DNA from: Rickettsiales bacterium
GTDB taxonomy: Bacteria; Pseudomonadota; Alphaproteobacteria; Rickettsiales; JABIRX01
Reading direction: 5' to 3'
Assembly: GCA_018659605.1 (NCBI GenBank)
Contig: JABJMA010000069.1
Location: 1 to 52,802 of the forward strand
DNA length: 52,802 bases
Both the position numbers and the translations under genes were made by a program. This document shows positions 8,669 through 18,142 of this stretch, one piece after another; the stretch's first letter is position 1; the number at the start of each line of letters is the position of its first letter. The notes under the pieces are model-generated. The model worked only from the letters and a program-made list of their open reading frames with translations, was not told the DNA's origin and ran no database searches.

Positions 8669-9241
8669 GTGAATTATATGTCTAAAAAATTATTTCTATT
8701 CTCATTTATTTTAATTCTAACTTCATGCATTGAAACTGTTGCTATTGCAACTTTTGGCACAGGGTATTTAATTTCTCGAGAAAAAACTGTAAAAGAAACG
8801 GTGCTAGATTCGGCGATCTTAGCCCAGGCCTCAAAAATATTATTAAATAATAACAAAGACCAGAAATTCTCTAAGATTAATATGTCAGTATATGACGGCA
8901 GAGTTTTATTGGTGGGATATAGTGAAAGCAGAGAGTATATTCAAGAAGCAATAAAATTGATTTGGAAGATTAATAATGTGAGCGAGGTTATTAATGAAGT
9001 ATCTTTTGATACAGAGGATAAAAATCAGAGTCAATTCTTAGATTTTGCGTTACTGTCTAGTGTTAAATTACAGCTTATATGGAGCAAAGAATTAAAAGCT
9101 AAGGATGTGAATATTAGTATTTATAATGGTAATATTTATATTCTCGGGCGAGCTGGTGATGAGGATAAGGTTAAAGCTATAGCCGAGCTCTCGTCAAGTA
9201 TTAAAGGAGTAAAAAAAGTAATTTCTCACATACAATCATAG
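8669..9241 (+). CDS. Dual BON-domain lipoprotein (DolP/YraP-like)
   Basis: Lipobox ILTSC and two BON-like units ending VNEVSF and VISHIQS. At 190 aa it has the same size and architecture as DolP. The start may be the ATG at 8678 rather than the GTG at 8669. Confidence 0.7.
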   Translation: MNYMSKKLFLFSFILILTSCIETVAIATFGTGYLISREKTVKETVLDSAILAQASKILLNNNKDQKFSKINMSVYDGRVLLVGYSESREYIQEAIKLIWKINNVSEVINEVSFDTEDKNQSQFLDFALLSSVKLQLIWSKELKAKDVNISIYNGNIYILGRAGDEDKVKAIAELSSSIKGVKKVISHIQS

Positions 9242-9299
9242 CGCCGCTGCTATGTTTTGATATCACCGATGATATAAAATAATATAGTATTTGTCTAAT

Positions 9300-9640
9300 T
9301 ATGAATTTGGTGAGGATTTTCTGTTGCTAGGAAATCCTCGGAACCCCATCAGCATTAGCTAAATTTTAAGACAATTGCCTTTGGAATTAAGCTGCAGCTA
9401 CTGCATCATAAGCGTAATTTTCATTAGCTACTGATGCGTATGCATAATTATCATTTGCATTTATTAAGACAGTTTGACTTGCGTCCAGGATGCCATTCCT
9501 AAGCAAAAACAAATTCTTTACTACTCACGTCGATACTAATTTCGTCCCCATAATACTTACCTAAAAGTCAGTTTTATTGGTGGAGACGCCGGGTACCGCC
9601 CCCGGGTCCGCAAAGCCTATTACAAGTCGCGTTTATTGCC
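9300..9640 (-). ncRNA. ssrA: Circularly permuted (two-piece) tmRNA gene, ssrA
   Basis: All read on the minus strand. The acceptor piece ends ...CCGGG-GGCGGTA-CCCGG-CGTCTCC-ACCA, with the CCA at 9578. After a 28-nt intervening segment the coding piece starts GGGGACGAAATTAGTATCGACG at 9549. GGGGACG pairs with CGTCTCC and gives the G3:U wobble alanine identity pair. The tag frame 9458..9387 encodes ANDNYAYASVANENYAYDAVAAA followed by a stop. The outer boundaries are approximate. Confidence 0.85.
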
Positions 9641-9815
9641 ATAGTATCTATTAAAAATAGACACGAAATAATTATAATATTTTTCATTTAAAAAATCTAG
9701 TATATATATATATTATAGTTTTTAACCCATAAGAATGCATTAGCTATCTGATTATATCAAATTTGTGCATTATTGTGAGCTAGAAGTTTAATTTAGCAAT
9801 TTTGTAATAAGGATT

Positions 9816-10484
9816 ATGGAAGAAAAAAAACATATCGTACATTCTTTTGAGACGGATTTAAGCAGTCTGGTAAACTCATTAAGTGCTCTAGGTGAAATGG
9901 TAGTATCTATGATTGAGTTCTCTCAAGAGTCACTAGATAAAGCAAGCCCGCTTTTAAAGGAAGAGGCAAAGATGCGTGATAAAAAAATTAATGAATTATA
10001 TAGTCTAATTGACGATAGTGCGATCACGATACTTGCTCTTCGAAAGCCTGTAGCTATTGATTTGCGTTTCGTCGTAGCGGCTATTAAAATCGGAGCTCTA
10101 TATGAAAAAATGGCAGATAGAGCAAAAAGCATTATTGCTAATTGCTGTAGGATTAATATCGCAATACCTGAAGATATCCAAAGACAAATTATCAAGATGA
10201 ATTCTGAAATCATCAATATGGTAACAGAGATTAATAAAAATCTTCTTGAATATAATTTCCCGAAACTAAAAAAAGTTTTTGATAATGATGATAAAGTTGA
10301 TGAATATTATGATAATTTATTAAAACAGATTATTAACAGTGAGAAAGAAATTTGCGATAACCCAGCTTCATTAGTTTCGCTTGTTTATATTATTAAGAGT
10401 TATGAGCGTATAGGTGATTATGCTATCAAAATTGTACGTCAGCTATATTATGTTCAGGCTGGTGAGATTAAAACAAAACTCTAA
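9816..10484 (+). CDS. phoU: Phosphate signalling complex protein PhoU
   Basis: 222 aa with two PhoU repeats, including the characteristic YERIGDYAIKI segment. Confidence 0.88.
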   Translation: MEEKKHIVHSFETDLSSLVNSLSALGEMVVSMIEFSQESLDKASPLLKEEAKMRDKKINELYSLIDDSAITILALRKPVAIDLRFVVAAIKIGALYEKMADRAKSIIANCCRINIAIPEDIQRQIIKMNSEIINMVTEINKNLLEYNFPKLKKVFDNDDKVDEYYDNLLKQIINSEKEICDNPASLVSLVYIIKSYERIGDYAIKIVRQLYYVQAGEIKTKL

Positions 10485-10495
10485 TTACTGTATAT

Positions 10496-12034
10496 ATGAC
10501 TAAGGACACAGTAGTTTTATGTATTTTAGATGGTTTCGGTATTAGCGAAAGCACAGAACATAATGCAATTTATCAGGCTGATACTCCGAATTGGGATCGT
10601 TTAATCAAGCAATATCCTATTTCTAGAATTGATGCTTCAGGATCTTCTGTAGGGTTACCTAATGGTCAAATGGGAAATTCAGAAGTTGGTCATTTAAATA
10701 TAGGTGCTGGTCGTATAGTTAAACAATTATTACCATTAATAAATTCTGAGATTGAATGTGGTAAAGTAAAAGATAGGCCGATATTACAGGATTTTATTCG
10801 TAACACTAAAGCAGGTAATAACATCTGCCATCTTGTTGGGATTATATCAGATGGCGGAGTGCATGGATATATGGAGCATGTATTAGCTTTTGCTGAAATC
10901 CTGGCAGCAGCAAATATTCAAGTTTATATACATGCAATATTAGATGGACGTGATACTGCCCCAGAATCTGCTTTAGATTTTTTATCGGTGGTACAAAATA
11001 GAATTAAATCACAAAGTAATATTAAGATAGCTTCAGTTACTGGTCGATATTATGCTATGGATCGAGATAATAATTGGGAAAGAGTTAAGCTAGCATATGA
11101 TAATATTATCAGAGGAAATGTAAATCAGATCTCTGATATAAACGCTTATATAAAGGAATCATATGCTAACAACATTACTGATGAATTTATTATGCCGGCT
11201 ACTATATCAGGTTTTGCTGGGATATCAGATAATGATAGTATTTTTTTTACAAACTTTAGATCTGATCGCGCTAGACAAATAGCGAATGCTTTATTTCAAG
11301 ATGATTTTACAGGGTTTGAACGTAGTCAAAAGGTAAATTTTGCTACCACACTTTCAATGGCCGAATATTCTAGTGATTTAACAGAAATCCTACCTTGTTT
11401 ATTTCCAGTTGAGATGCCTAAAAACACATTAAGCGATGTTTTAGCAGATTCTGGATTAAGGCAATTACATATAGCTGAAACTGAAAAATATGCTCATGTC
11501 ACTTTCTTTTTTAATGGTGGAGCTGAAGCCCCAAAACAGGGTGAGGACAGAATTTTAATTCCATCACCTAATGTTGCTACATTTGATATGCAGCCTGAGA
11601 TGTCTGCAGTAAAAATAACTGAAAAATTGGTTGAGGCCATCAATATAGGACAATATGATTTTATTGTCGTTAACTATGCCAATGCTGATATGGTTGGTCA
11701 TACAGGTAATTTTTCTGCGGCAATAAAGGCAGTTGAAGTTTTGGATGATTTAGTAGCTAGAGTTTCAGATGCTGTTATTGCTAATAATGGCAATTTGATT
11801 ATAACCGCTGATCATGGAAATATAGAACAGATGTATGATCAAAGGCAGGATCAAAAGCACACGGCACATACATTAAATGATGTGCCTTGTCTGTTAATCT
11901 CTCAGCAGGATTACAATATATCTAATGGTAAACTTTGTGATTTAGCTCCGACAATTCTGGAGATAATGCACATAACTCAGCCTGATGAGATGACAGGAAA
12001 ATCTTTAATTATGGAAAATGACACGAATTCTTAA
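10496..12034 (+). CDS. gpmI: 2,3-bisphosphoglycerate-independent phosphoglycerate mutase
   Basis: 512 aa. Motifs: VLCILDGFG, NSEVGHLNIGAGR, GGVHG, ANADMVGHTG and ITADHGN. Confidence 0.95.
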   Translation: MTKDTVVLCILDGFGISESTEHNAIYQADTPNWDRLIKQYPISRIDASGSSVGLPNGQMGNSEVGHLNIGAGRIVKQLLPLINSEIECGKVKDRPILQDFIRNTKAGNNICHLVGIISDGGVHGYMEHVLAFAEILAAANIQVYIHAILDGRDTAPESALDFLSVVQNRIKSQSNIKIASVTGRYYAMDRDNNWERVKLAYDNIIRGNVNQISDINAYIKESYANNITDEFIMPATISGFAGISDNDSIFFTNFRSDRARQIANALFQDDFTGFERSQKVNFATTLSMAEYSSDLTEILPCLFPVEMPKNTLSDVLADSGLRQLHIAETEKYAHVTFFFNGGAEAPKQGEDRILIPSPNVATFDMQPEMSAVKITEKLVEAINIGQYDFIVVNYANADMVGHTGNFSAAIKAVEVLDDLVARVSDAVIANNGNLIITADHGNIEQMYDQRQDQKHTAHTLNDVPCLLISQQDYNISNGKLCDLAPTILEIMHITQPDEMTGKSLIMENDTNS

Positions 12035-12755
12035 CGAAGTTAAATTACTGGTTATAGCAGTTGTAATAGCAATATTAATCCGGAGTTTTTTCTTTGAGCC
12101 TTTCCATATACCATCGGGTTCAATGAAATCTAATTTACTTACGGGGGATTTTATTTTTGTTTCCAAATATCAATATGGTTACAGCAAATATTCTTTTCCC
12201 TTTGGCATTGTTCCGATTCAGAATAGAATATTTGATAGCAGACCAGAGCGTGGAGATATTATAGTTTTTAGATTGCCCCTTAATCCAAAAATCAATTATG
12301 TGAAGCGCTTAATAGGGCTACCAGGAGATAGAATACAAGTTAAAGATAGCGTATTATACCTTAATGGAAAATTAGTTCCACGTAAGAAACTTGAACCATT
12401 CCTGACAAAGGATAGAAATGGTAAAGATGTTAAGCTTGATCAATATCAAGAAACTTTACCATCGGGAAAAAGCTACAATATAATTGAGAAGGCATATGAT
12501 TTACCCCAGGATAATACAAGGGTTTATGTAGTGCCAAAGGATCATTACTTTTTTATGGGTGATAATCGTGATAATTCCAAAGATAGTAGATTTAGCTATG
12601 ATGTTGGCTTTATCCCTTATAAGAATTTAGTTGGAGAGGCTAAAATTATTTTTATGTCTTATGACAGATCGGAAGAGCCGCATAATATTTTTTATCGTAT
12701 TTATGAGTTTTTTACTAAAATAAGATTTACAAGAATCTTTCAAAATATAGATTAG
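12018..12755 (+). CDS. lepB: Signal peptidase I
   Basis: Catalytic boxes SGSM, YVKRLIGLPGD and GDNRDNSKDSR, plus an N-terminal TM anchor. Confidence 0.93.
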   Translation: MTRILNEVKLLVIAVVIAILIRSFFFEPFHIPSGSMKSNLLTGDFIFVSKYQYGYSKYSFPFGIVPIQNRIFDSRPERGDIIVFRLPLNPKINYVKRLIGLPGDRIQVKDSVLYLNGKLVPRKKLEPFLTKDRNGKDVKLDQYQETLPSGKSYNIIEKAYDLPQDNTRVYVVPKDHYFFMGDNRDNSKDSRFSYDVGFIPYKNLVGEAKIIFMSYDRSEEPHNIFYRIYEFFTKIRFTRIFQNID

Positions 12756-12759
12756 ATAT

Positions 12760-13425
12760 ATGAGCATAATATTTAATTATAATTTTAGTGACAATGCGCT
12801 TTATGAGCGTGCTCTAACACATTCAAGTTTAGGTGCTGAGAATTATGAACTCTTGGAGTTTTTAGGTGATAAGATTATTTCCCTAATCATTACGGAGTAT
12901 TTATATCACCAATTCCCTAATAAGATTGAGGGTGATCTTGCTAAGAAACATGCATATTTAGCAAGTGGTGTAGTTTTATCTGAAATAGCTCTAAGAGAAG
13001 AAATCAACCAAATCATTAAAGTTAGTCATGGTGAACGTAAGGAGGGTGGGCATCAAAACCCGTCAAATTTAGAAGATTGTTTAGAGGCTATTTTAGGTGC
13101 TATTTACTTAGATTCGAATCTAGATACAGTAAGAGAAGTTATCCTAGGGCTGTGGGAAGAATATTTTATTCAGGTTCAGACTCATATACCCATAGATCCG
13201 AAATCAAGACTACAGGAATTATTACAAAAGCGTAGGATGGATTTGCCCAAATATAAAATAATTAATCAAGAAGGCTTAGATCATAAACCAGTTTTTACAG
13301 TTGAGTTAAAAGTAGAAGGATATGAGTCTATTACATCTACTGCATCCTTAAAAAAGGAAGCTGAAAAGGAATTAGCACTTAGAATGATTAAAATATTAGA
13401 AAAAAAAGAGAAAAAAAATGAGTAA
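12760..13425 (+). CDS. rnc: Ribonuclease III
   Basis: RNase III signature YELLEFLGDKI, the LEDCLEAILGAIYLD segment and a C-terminal dsRBD (DPKSRLQELLQ...PVFTVE). Confidence 0.93.
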   Translation: MSIIFNYNFSDNALYERALTHSSLGAENYELLEFLGDKIISLIITEYLYHQFPNKIEGDLAKKHAYLASGVVLSEIALREEINQIIKVSHGERKEGGHQNPSNLEDCLEAILGAIYLDSNLDTVREVILGLWEEYFIQVQTHIPIDPKSRLQELLQKRRMDLPKYKIINQEGLDHKPVFTVELKVEGYESITSTASLKKEAEKELALRMIKILEKKEKKNE

Positions 13426-14326
13426 TACTAAATGTCAGATCGTAACAATAATTGGTGAGCCAAATGCTGGTAAATCAACATTAGTGAATAGGTTAACAGG
13501 ATCAAAAATATCAATAGTTAGCCGTAAGGTGCAAACAACTCGTAATGTGATTAAGGGCATAACTGTTATTGATAATACACAATTAGTATTTATCGATACA
13601 CCAGGTATATTTAATGCTAAACATAATCTCGAAAAGGCTATTAATCATGAGGCTTTGAGCCAATTAGATAGTGGAGATACAGTTTTAATCATGATTGATG
13701 CCGCTCGTGATAATTTTACTAAAACTGAGGAAATTGCCAAAACTCTTAAAGAGTCAAAACAAAGAGTAGCTTTAGTGATCAATAAAATCGATTTGCTTAA
13801 GAACAAAAATAAATTACTTCAGCTAGCGGAGAAATTTCATAATAGTGGAGTTTTTGATGAGATATTTATGATTTCATCAATGATAGGTGAGGGAGTTGAG
13901 GATCTAGAGAAATATCTTGTTGAAACTGCACCTAAGTCAGAATTTTTATATCCTGAAGATCAAATGTCCGATATGCCGGTGCGTTTTATGGCAAGCGAAC
14001 TGACACGGGAGAAGCTATTTGAAAACCTACATGATGAATTACCTTATAATCTTTTTGTTGAAACAGAAAACTGGGTTGAAACGGATGATAAGATAGTTAT
14101 TAACCAGGTAATTAATGTCCTAAAGGAAGGCCAAAAAGCGATTGTTATCGGCAAGGGAGCCGAGATGATAAAGACGATTGGCACCGAAGTCAGATTGGAA
14201 TTGCAGGATATGTTTGATAAAAAAGTTAATTTATTCTTACATGCCAAAGTCAAGAAAGATTGGCTCGATAAGCCGTATGTATTTCAGTCATTAGGTTTGA
14301 AATTCCCAAAGAAAGATACTAGATAA
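13418..14326 (+). CDS. era: GTPase Era
   Basis: G1 GEPNAGKST, G3 DTPG, G4 NKID and a C-terminal KH domain. Overlaps rnc by 8 nt, the classic lepB-rnc-era order. Confidence 0.93.
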   Translation: MSNTKCQIVTIIGEPNAGKSTLVNRLTGSKISIVSRKVQTTRNVIKGITVIDNTQLVFIDTPGIFNAKHNLEKAINHEALSQLDSGDTVLIMIDAARDNFTKTEEIAKTLKESKQRVALVINKIDLLKNKNKLLQLAEKFHNSGVFDEIFMISSMIGEGVEDLEKYLVETAPKSEFLYPEDQMSDMPVRFMASELTREKLFENLHDELPYNLFVETENWVETDDKIVINQVINVLKEGQKAIVIGKGAEMIKTIGTEVRLELQDMFDKKVNLFLHAKVKKDWLDKPYVFQSLGLKFPKKDTR

Positions 14327-14494
14327 AGTTTTATCTTAGGTCCCAATTATGCCTGTAATATCTTCACTTAATTGATAGCGGTCTTCATAATTAATTAGAT
14401 AAAATATGTAGCAGTATAAGAAATACTTATTTCGCTATGGAGAATCTGATTTTATGTGTTAGTTTGAATTTTTCTAATATATTTTGTTATATAA

Positions 14495-15397
14495 ATGAAA
14501 ATTATTTATATGGGTAGCCCGGATTTTGCTATTTGGGCTTTACAAAAAATACATCATTCAGAGCATAATTTACTCTGTTGTTATTCACAGCCACCAAGAG
14601 AGCGGAATCGTGGTAAGAAGGTAATTAATACAGTTATTCATGACTATTGTTTGAAGCATAAGATTGATTGCCACACCCCACTTAATTTTAAGGATGGGCA
14701 GGATATAGAGTTTATGCGTAGCATGCAGCCGGATTTATTGGTGGTTTGTGCATATGGATTAATATTACCTGAGGCTTTACTTAAGATTCCTAAATTTGGC
14801 GCTATTAATATCCATCCGTCAAAATTGCCAAGATGGCGTGGCGCTGCCCCAATCCAGCGGAGTATTATGGCCGGTGATAAAGATACAGCGATTTGCATTA
14901 TCAAAATGACCAAAGCTTTAGATCAGGGTGATATTATCCTGCAGCATGATTTGGCTATAACTAGTAGCATGAATGCAAGTCAATTACATGATGTTGCGGC
15001 TGAAATTGGTTCTGACCTGACGTTGCAAGCTATAGATTTAATTGAAAAAGGTCAGGATAAAGCCATCCCTCAGACAGAAGAGGGCGTCACTTATGCAAGT
15101 AAGATTCAAAAATCCGAAAGCAAAATTGATTTTAATAAAACTGGTAGCGAAATATTGAATCTTATTAGAGGCCTAGCTGATTACCCAGGAGCATATATGG
15201 AGTTTAAGGGTAAAAGATTAAAGATATTTAAGGCAGAGTTTACCGAGCAGGAACATCATCAGAATATTGGGGCAGTAATTTTGGACAAAAATTCTTTTGT
15301 AATTAATTGCCGTAACGGCGTAATTAAACCCTTAATTATCCAACTTGAAGGCAAGCAAAAAATGTCTGTGGAGGATTTTTTGAAGGGCCAAAATTAA
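14495..15397 (+). CDS. fmt: Methionyl-tRNA formyltransferase
   Basis: MKIIYMGSPDFA N-terminus and INIHPSKLPRWRGAAPIQRSI active-site region. 300 aa. Confidence 0.92.
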   Translation: MKIIYMGSPDFAIWALQKIHHSEHNLLCCYSQPPRERNRGKKVINTVIHDYCLKHKIDCHTPLNFKDGQDIEFMRSMQPDLLVVCAYGLILPEALLKIPKFGAINIHPSKLPRWRGAAPIQRSIMAGDKDTAICIIKMTKALDQGDIILQHDLAITSSMNASQLHDVAAEIGSDLTLQAIDLIEKGQDKAIPQTEEGVTYASKIQKSESKIDFNKTGSEILNLIRGLADYPGAYMEFKGKRLKIFKAEFTEQEHHQNIGAVILDKNSFVINCRNGVIKPLIIQLEGKQKMSVEDFLKGQN

Positions 15398-15479
15398 TAT
15401 TTCATTTCATTGTTGCACCGTTCTCCCTACCGGAAGCAAGAGAGATAATTAATATCGTAAACATATGTTATAATTAACA

Positions 15480-15513
15480 TCGTAGGGGCGGGGTCATCCT
15501 GCCTGTGATTGAC
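15480..15513 (+). repeat. Solo, degenerate right arm of the MITE-like element
   Basis: CGTAGGGGCGGGGTCATCCTGCCTGTGATTGACC matches the right-arm consensus plus the TGATTGA tail. Confidence 0.6.
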
Positions 15514-15599
15514 CCAATGTCAAACTTACATTTTTGGTTGAAGCAAACCCATATGTTGATCTGTCCCGTCTTAATATACATTAAAATCTCACTTGTTAT

Positions 15600-15766
15600 G
15601 CGGGCGGGAAAACCCCGCCCCTACAAGTTTCAGCATCCAATATAAAATATAGATTATAAAATTGGGTGAATATATGTGCTTTCCCCGCCTGTCCGTACCA
15701 TACAGGAATGTCAAACCATTGGAATGAGAAGATCACCCCGTAGGGGCGGGATCCTCCTACCCGCCT
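15600..15766 (+). repeat. Full copy of the MITE-like element
   Basis: Left arm GGGCGGG-AAAAC-CCCGCCC at 15602-15620. The conserved core CTACAAGTTTCAGCATCCAATAT.AAATAT.GATTATAAAATTGGGTGAATATATGT follows. The right arm is GTAGGGGCGGGATCCTCCTACCCGCC at 15740-15765. Confidence 0.85.
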
Positions 15767-15826
15767 TTAAACATATATTGCATTCTTGTTCCGATCTGTG
15801 GTCTCCGACTCATATATGTGCATATA

Positions 15827-16231
15827 TCAGGCAATAAACAATAATGCCCTAATCAAAAAATAAGCACAATTAACAGCTGTGAGCAAGAGTATGAATTTTT
15901 TCTTATTCATGTGACCAAATCCGGCTAGAAATGTAATCACACCACCAAAATAATTCAGTGGTGTTAATAGCATGAAATAATAAAGATTCTGATATTTTTT
16001 ATTAGGGCTTTGTTTAATATTGAAGAAACTATTCGCAATTATATAGCCCAATATATAGCTTATTATTCCTCCGATAATACTACCCAAGAGCGCAACAATT
16101 GTACCAGGAATAAAAAGTTCTGGATTTAAATTCTCAATAACGTTTAAAATATAAGCAGATTTCATTGGAACAATCATGCTTGCAACTAATTGATCTATAA
16201 ATATTTGTAATAATTGCTCTGCTAAAGGCAT
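15827..16231 (-). CDS. Small polytopic membrane protein, possibly YqaA/DedA-related
   Basis: 134 aa with 3-4 hydrophobic helices. The family assignment is a guess. Confidence 0.4.
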   Translation of the reverse strand: MPLAEQLLQIFIDQLVASMIVPMKSAYILNVIENLNPELFIPGTIVALLGSIIGGIISYILGYIIANSFFNIKQSPNKKYQNLYYFMLLTPLNYFGGVITFLAGFGHMNKKKFILLLTAVNCAYFLIRALLFIA

Positions 16232-16270
16232 AAATCTAATAATCTATAAATTAATAAAAATTTAATCAGA

Positions 16271-18031
16271 ATGATTCAATCTAATTTAACCTTATATAGC
16301 TTTACTAAGAATTTTATCTTTAAGCAAAAGATTCTTTTTATTTCCTTAGTAATATTACATCTTGCTTGGACAATAGATAATACGATAATTCCTTATATCT
16401 TTCGCGAATTTTTAGATGAGATTATAAATTTTACCGGGTCTAAGGATGTGATCTGGCCTGTGGTAATGCCATGGCTTATTGCTGGTGCTATTGTATGGAT
16501 TCTAGTTGAAGTAATGTTTAGATCTTATGATTATTTATCATCTCGGACTTATCCAATATTTGAGAAAAATGTCCGAATGTATATGCTTAAATATATCAAT
16601 GGTCATTCTTATGAGTTCTTCCAGAATAATTTTTCTGGATCTATTGCAACTAAGATTAATGATATGACTGATGGTTTAACACGTATAACCCAGTTAATTA
16701 TTACACTCTTTATACCATCATTATGTGCTTTTATCATTGGTGGTATTATTTTTGCCTCAATCCATCCAAGCTTTGCAATTTTACTATTGGTTTGGTGTAT
16801 TATTCATATTGGTATTTGCTTGTTCTATGCACGAAAATGCAATGATTATTCCAAAGAACATAGTGAATCTCGGAGTGATCTAACTGGTAAGATTGTGGAT
16901 AATTTTACTAATATCTTTGCAGTTAAATCTTATGCAAGGGAGAAAAGCGAATATCAATATATCAAAAAATCTCAGATTAAAGAAGCAAATCTAAATAGTC
17001 GAACCTATCATTTAACATTCAAAATTAGATTAATTCAGGCGCTAATATGCTTTGTATTACAGGGAGTTTTGGATACATATTTATTGGTTAAGTTTTGGCA
17101 ATTAGATATGATTTCGACATCAGATATAGTGTATATTTTCTATACAGGCTGGAGTTTAATTATTATGGCTTGGATTTCTGGGATTGAGCTACCTAATTTT
17201 TTTCATGAAATGGGGAAATGTAATCAAGCTTTGGAATTAATTAAAATAGAGCATGATATTATATCAAAAAAAGCTGCCAATAAGTTTAGGATCAAACAAG
17301 GTGAGATAAGTTTTAATGATGTTACATTCCGTTATCAGAGAAATAATAATTTATTTCAGAATAAAAATGTTAAGCTTGCAGCGGGTAGCCAGATCGGTTT
17401 AGTTGGTTATTCCGGTAGTGGTAAGACGAGTTTTGTAAATTTAATATTACGTTATTTTGCTATTGATGAAGGTGAGATCTTAATTGATGGTCAGAATATA
17501 GTTGATATTTCGTTGGAGGATTTACGCAATCAGATTGCTTTAATCCCGCAAGAAACTTTATTATTTCACCGAACTATTGCTGAGAATATTGCTTTTGCTA
17601 AAGATGGTGCCACAGAGGCTGAAATCATTCAAGCGGCGAAATTTGCCTATGCGAATGAGTTTATTAATGATTTACCAGGTGGATATGAGACGTTAGTTGG
17701 TGAAAGAGGGGTAAAGCTATCTGGTGGTCAAAGACAAAGAATTGCAATAGCGAGGGCCTTTCTTAAAGATGCGCCAATTATTATTTTAGATGAGGCGACC
17801 TCTGCATTAGATTCAGTGACAGAAGATTATATCCAAAAAAGCTTAGAAAAGTTAACTAAAGGTAAGACAACTATCATCATTGCTCATAGGTTATCAACGC
17901 TTAAAAATGTTGATAGGATTTTGGTTTTTGACAAAGGCGACATCGTCCAGGATGGTTTACATGAGAACTTAATTCGCATTAAAGGCCATTATCAAGACTT
18001 ATGGGAGAAGCAAAGTAATGGTTTTCTATAA
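16271..18031 (+). CDS. ABC exporter, fused permease/ATPase (MsbA/multidrug-like)
   Basis: Six-TM N-terminal domain, Walker A GYSGSGKTS, signature LSGGQRQRIAIARA and Walker B IIILDEATSALD. Confidence 0.9.
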   Translation: MIQSNLTLYSFTKNFIFKQKILFISLVILHLAWTIDNTIIPYIFREFLDEIINFTGSKDVIWPVVMPWLIAGAIVWILVEVMFRSYDYLSSRTYPIFEKNVRMYMLKYINGHSYEFFQNNFSGSIATKINDMTDGLTRITQLIITLFIPSLCAFIIGGIIFASIHPSFAILLLVWCIIHIGICLFYARKCNDYSKEHSESRSDLTGKIVDNFTNIFAVKSYAREKSEYQYIKKSQIKEANLNSRTYHLTFKIRLIQALICFVLQGVLDTYLLVKFWQLDMISTSDIVYIFYTGWSLIIMAWISGIELPNFFHEMGKCNQALELIKIEHDIISKKAANKFRIKQGEISFNDVTFRYQRNNNLFQNKNVKLAAGSQIGLVGYSGSGKTSFVNLILRYFAIDEGEILIDGQNIVDISLEDLRNQIALIPQETLLFHRTIAENIAFAKDGATEAEIIQAAKFAYANEFINDLPGGYETLVGERGVKLSGGQRQRIAIARAFLKDAPIIILDEATSALDSVTEDYIQKSLEKLTKGKTTIIIAHRLSTLKNVDRILVFDKGDIVQDGLHENLIRIKGHYQDLWEKQSNGFL

Positions 18032-18142
18032 TGAGTTAGCTTATATCTTCGTCGCATTATTTTAACGATGACAACTAAGATATTCTATGTATAATATGTC
18101 TCCTTATCAACACATAGAGAGGGGTAACTTTTACTTAATTAA

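Noticed and set aside
9701-9712. (TA)6 dinucleotide tract upstream of phoU, also upstream of the minus-strand tmRNA gene, as a potential phase-variable promoter spacer
   Set aside because: It is short, lies in a generally AT-rich spacer, and there is no evidence of length polymorphism. It probably just contributes -10-like sequence.
13398-13420. Two A8 runs at the rnc/era junction (GAAAAAAAAGAGAAAAAAAATG) as possible programmed slippage sites
   Set aside because: Both reading frames are intact and the rnc-era overlap is the normal arrangement. The runs encode the Lys/Glu-rich RNase III tail and the era ribosome-binding region.
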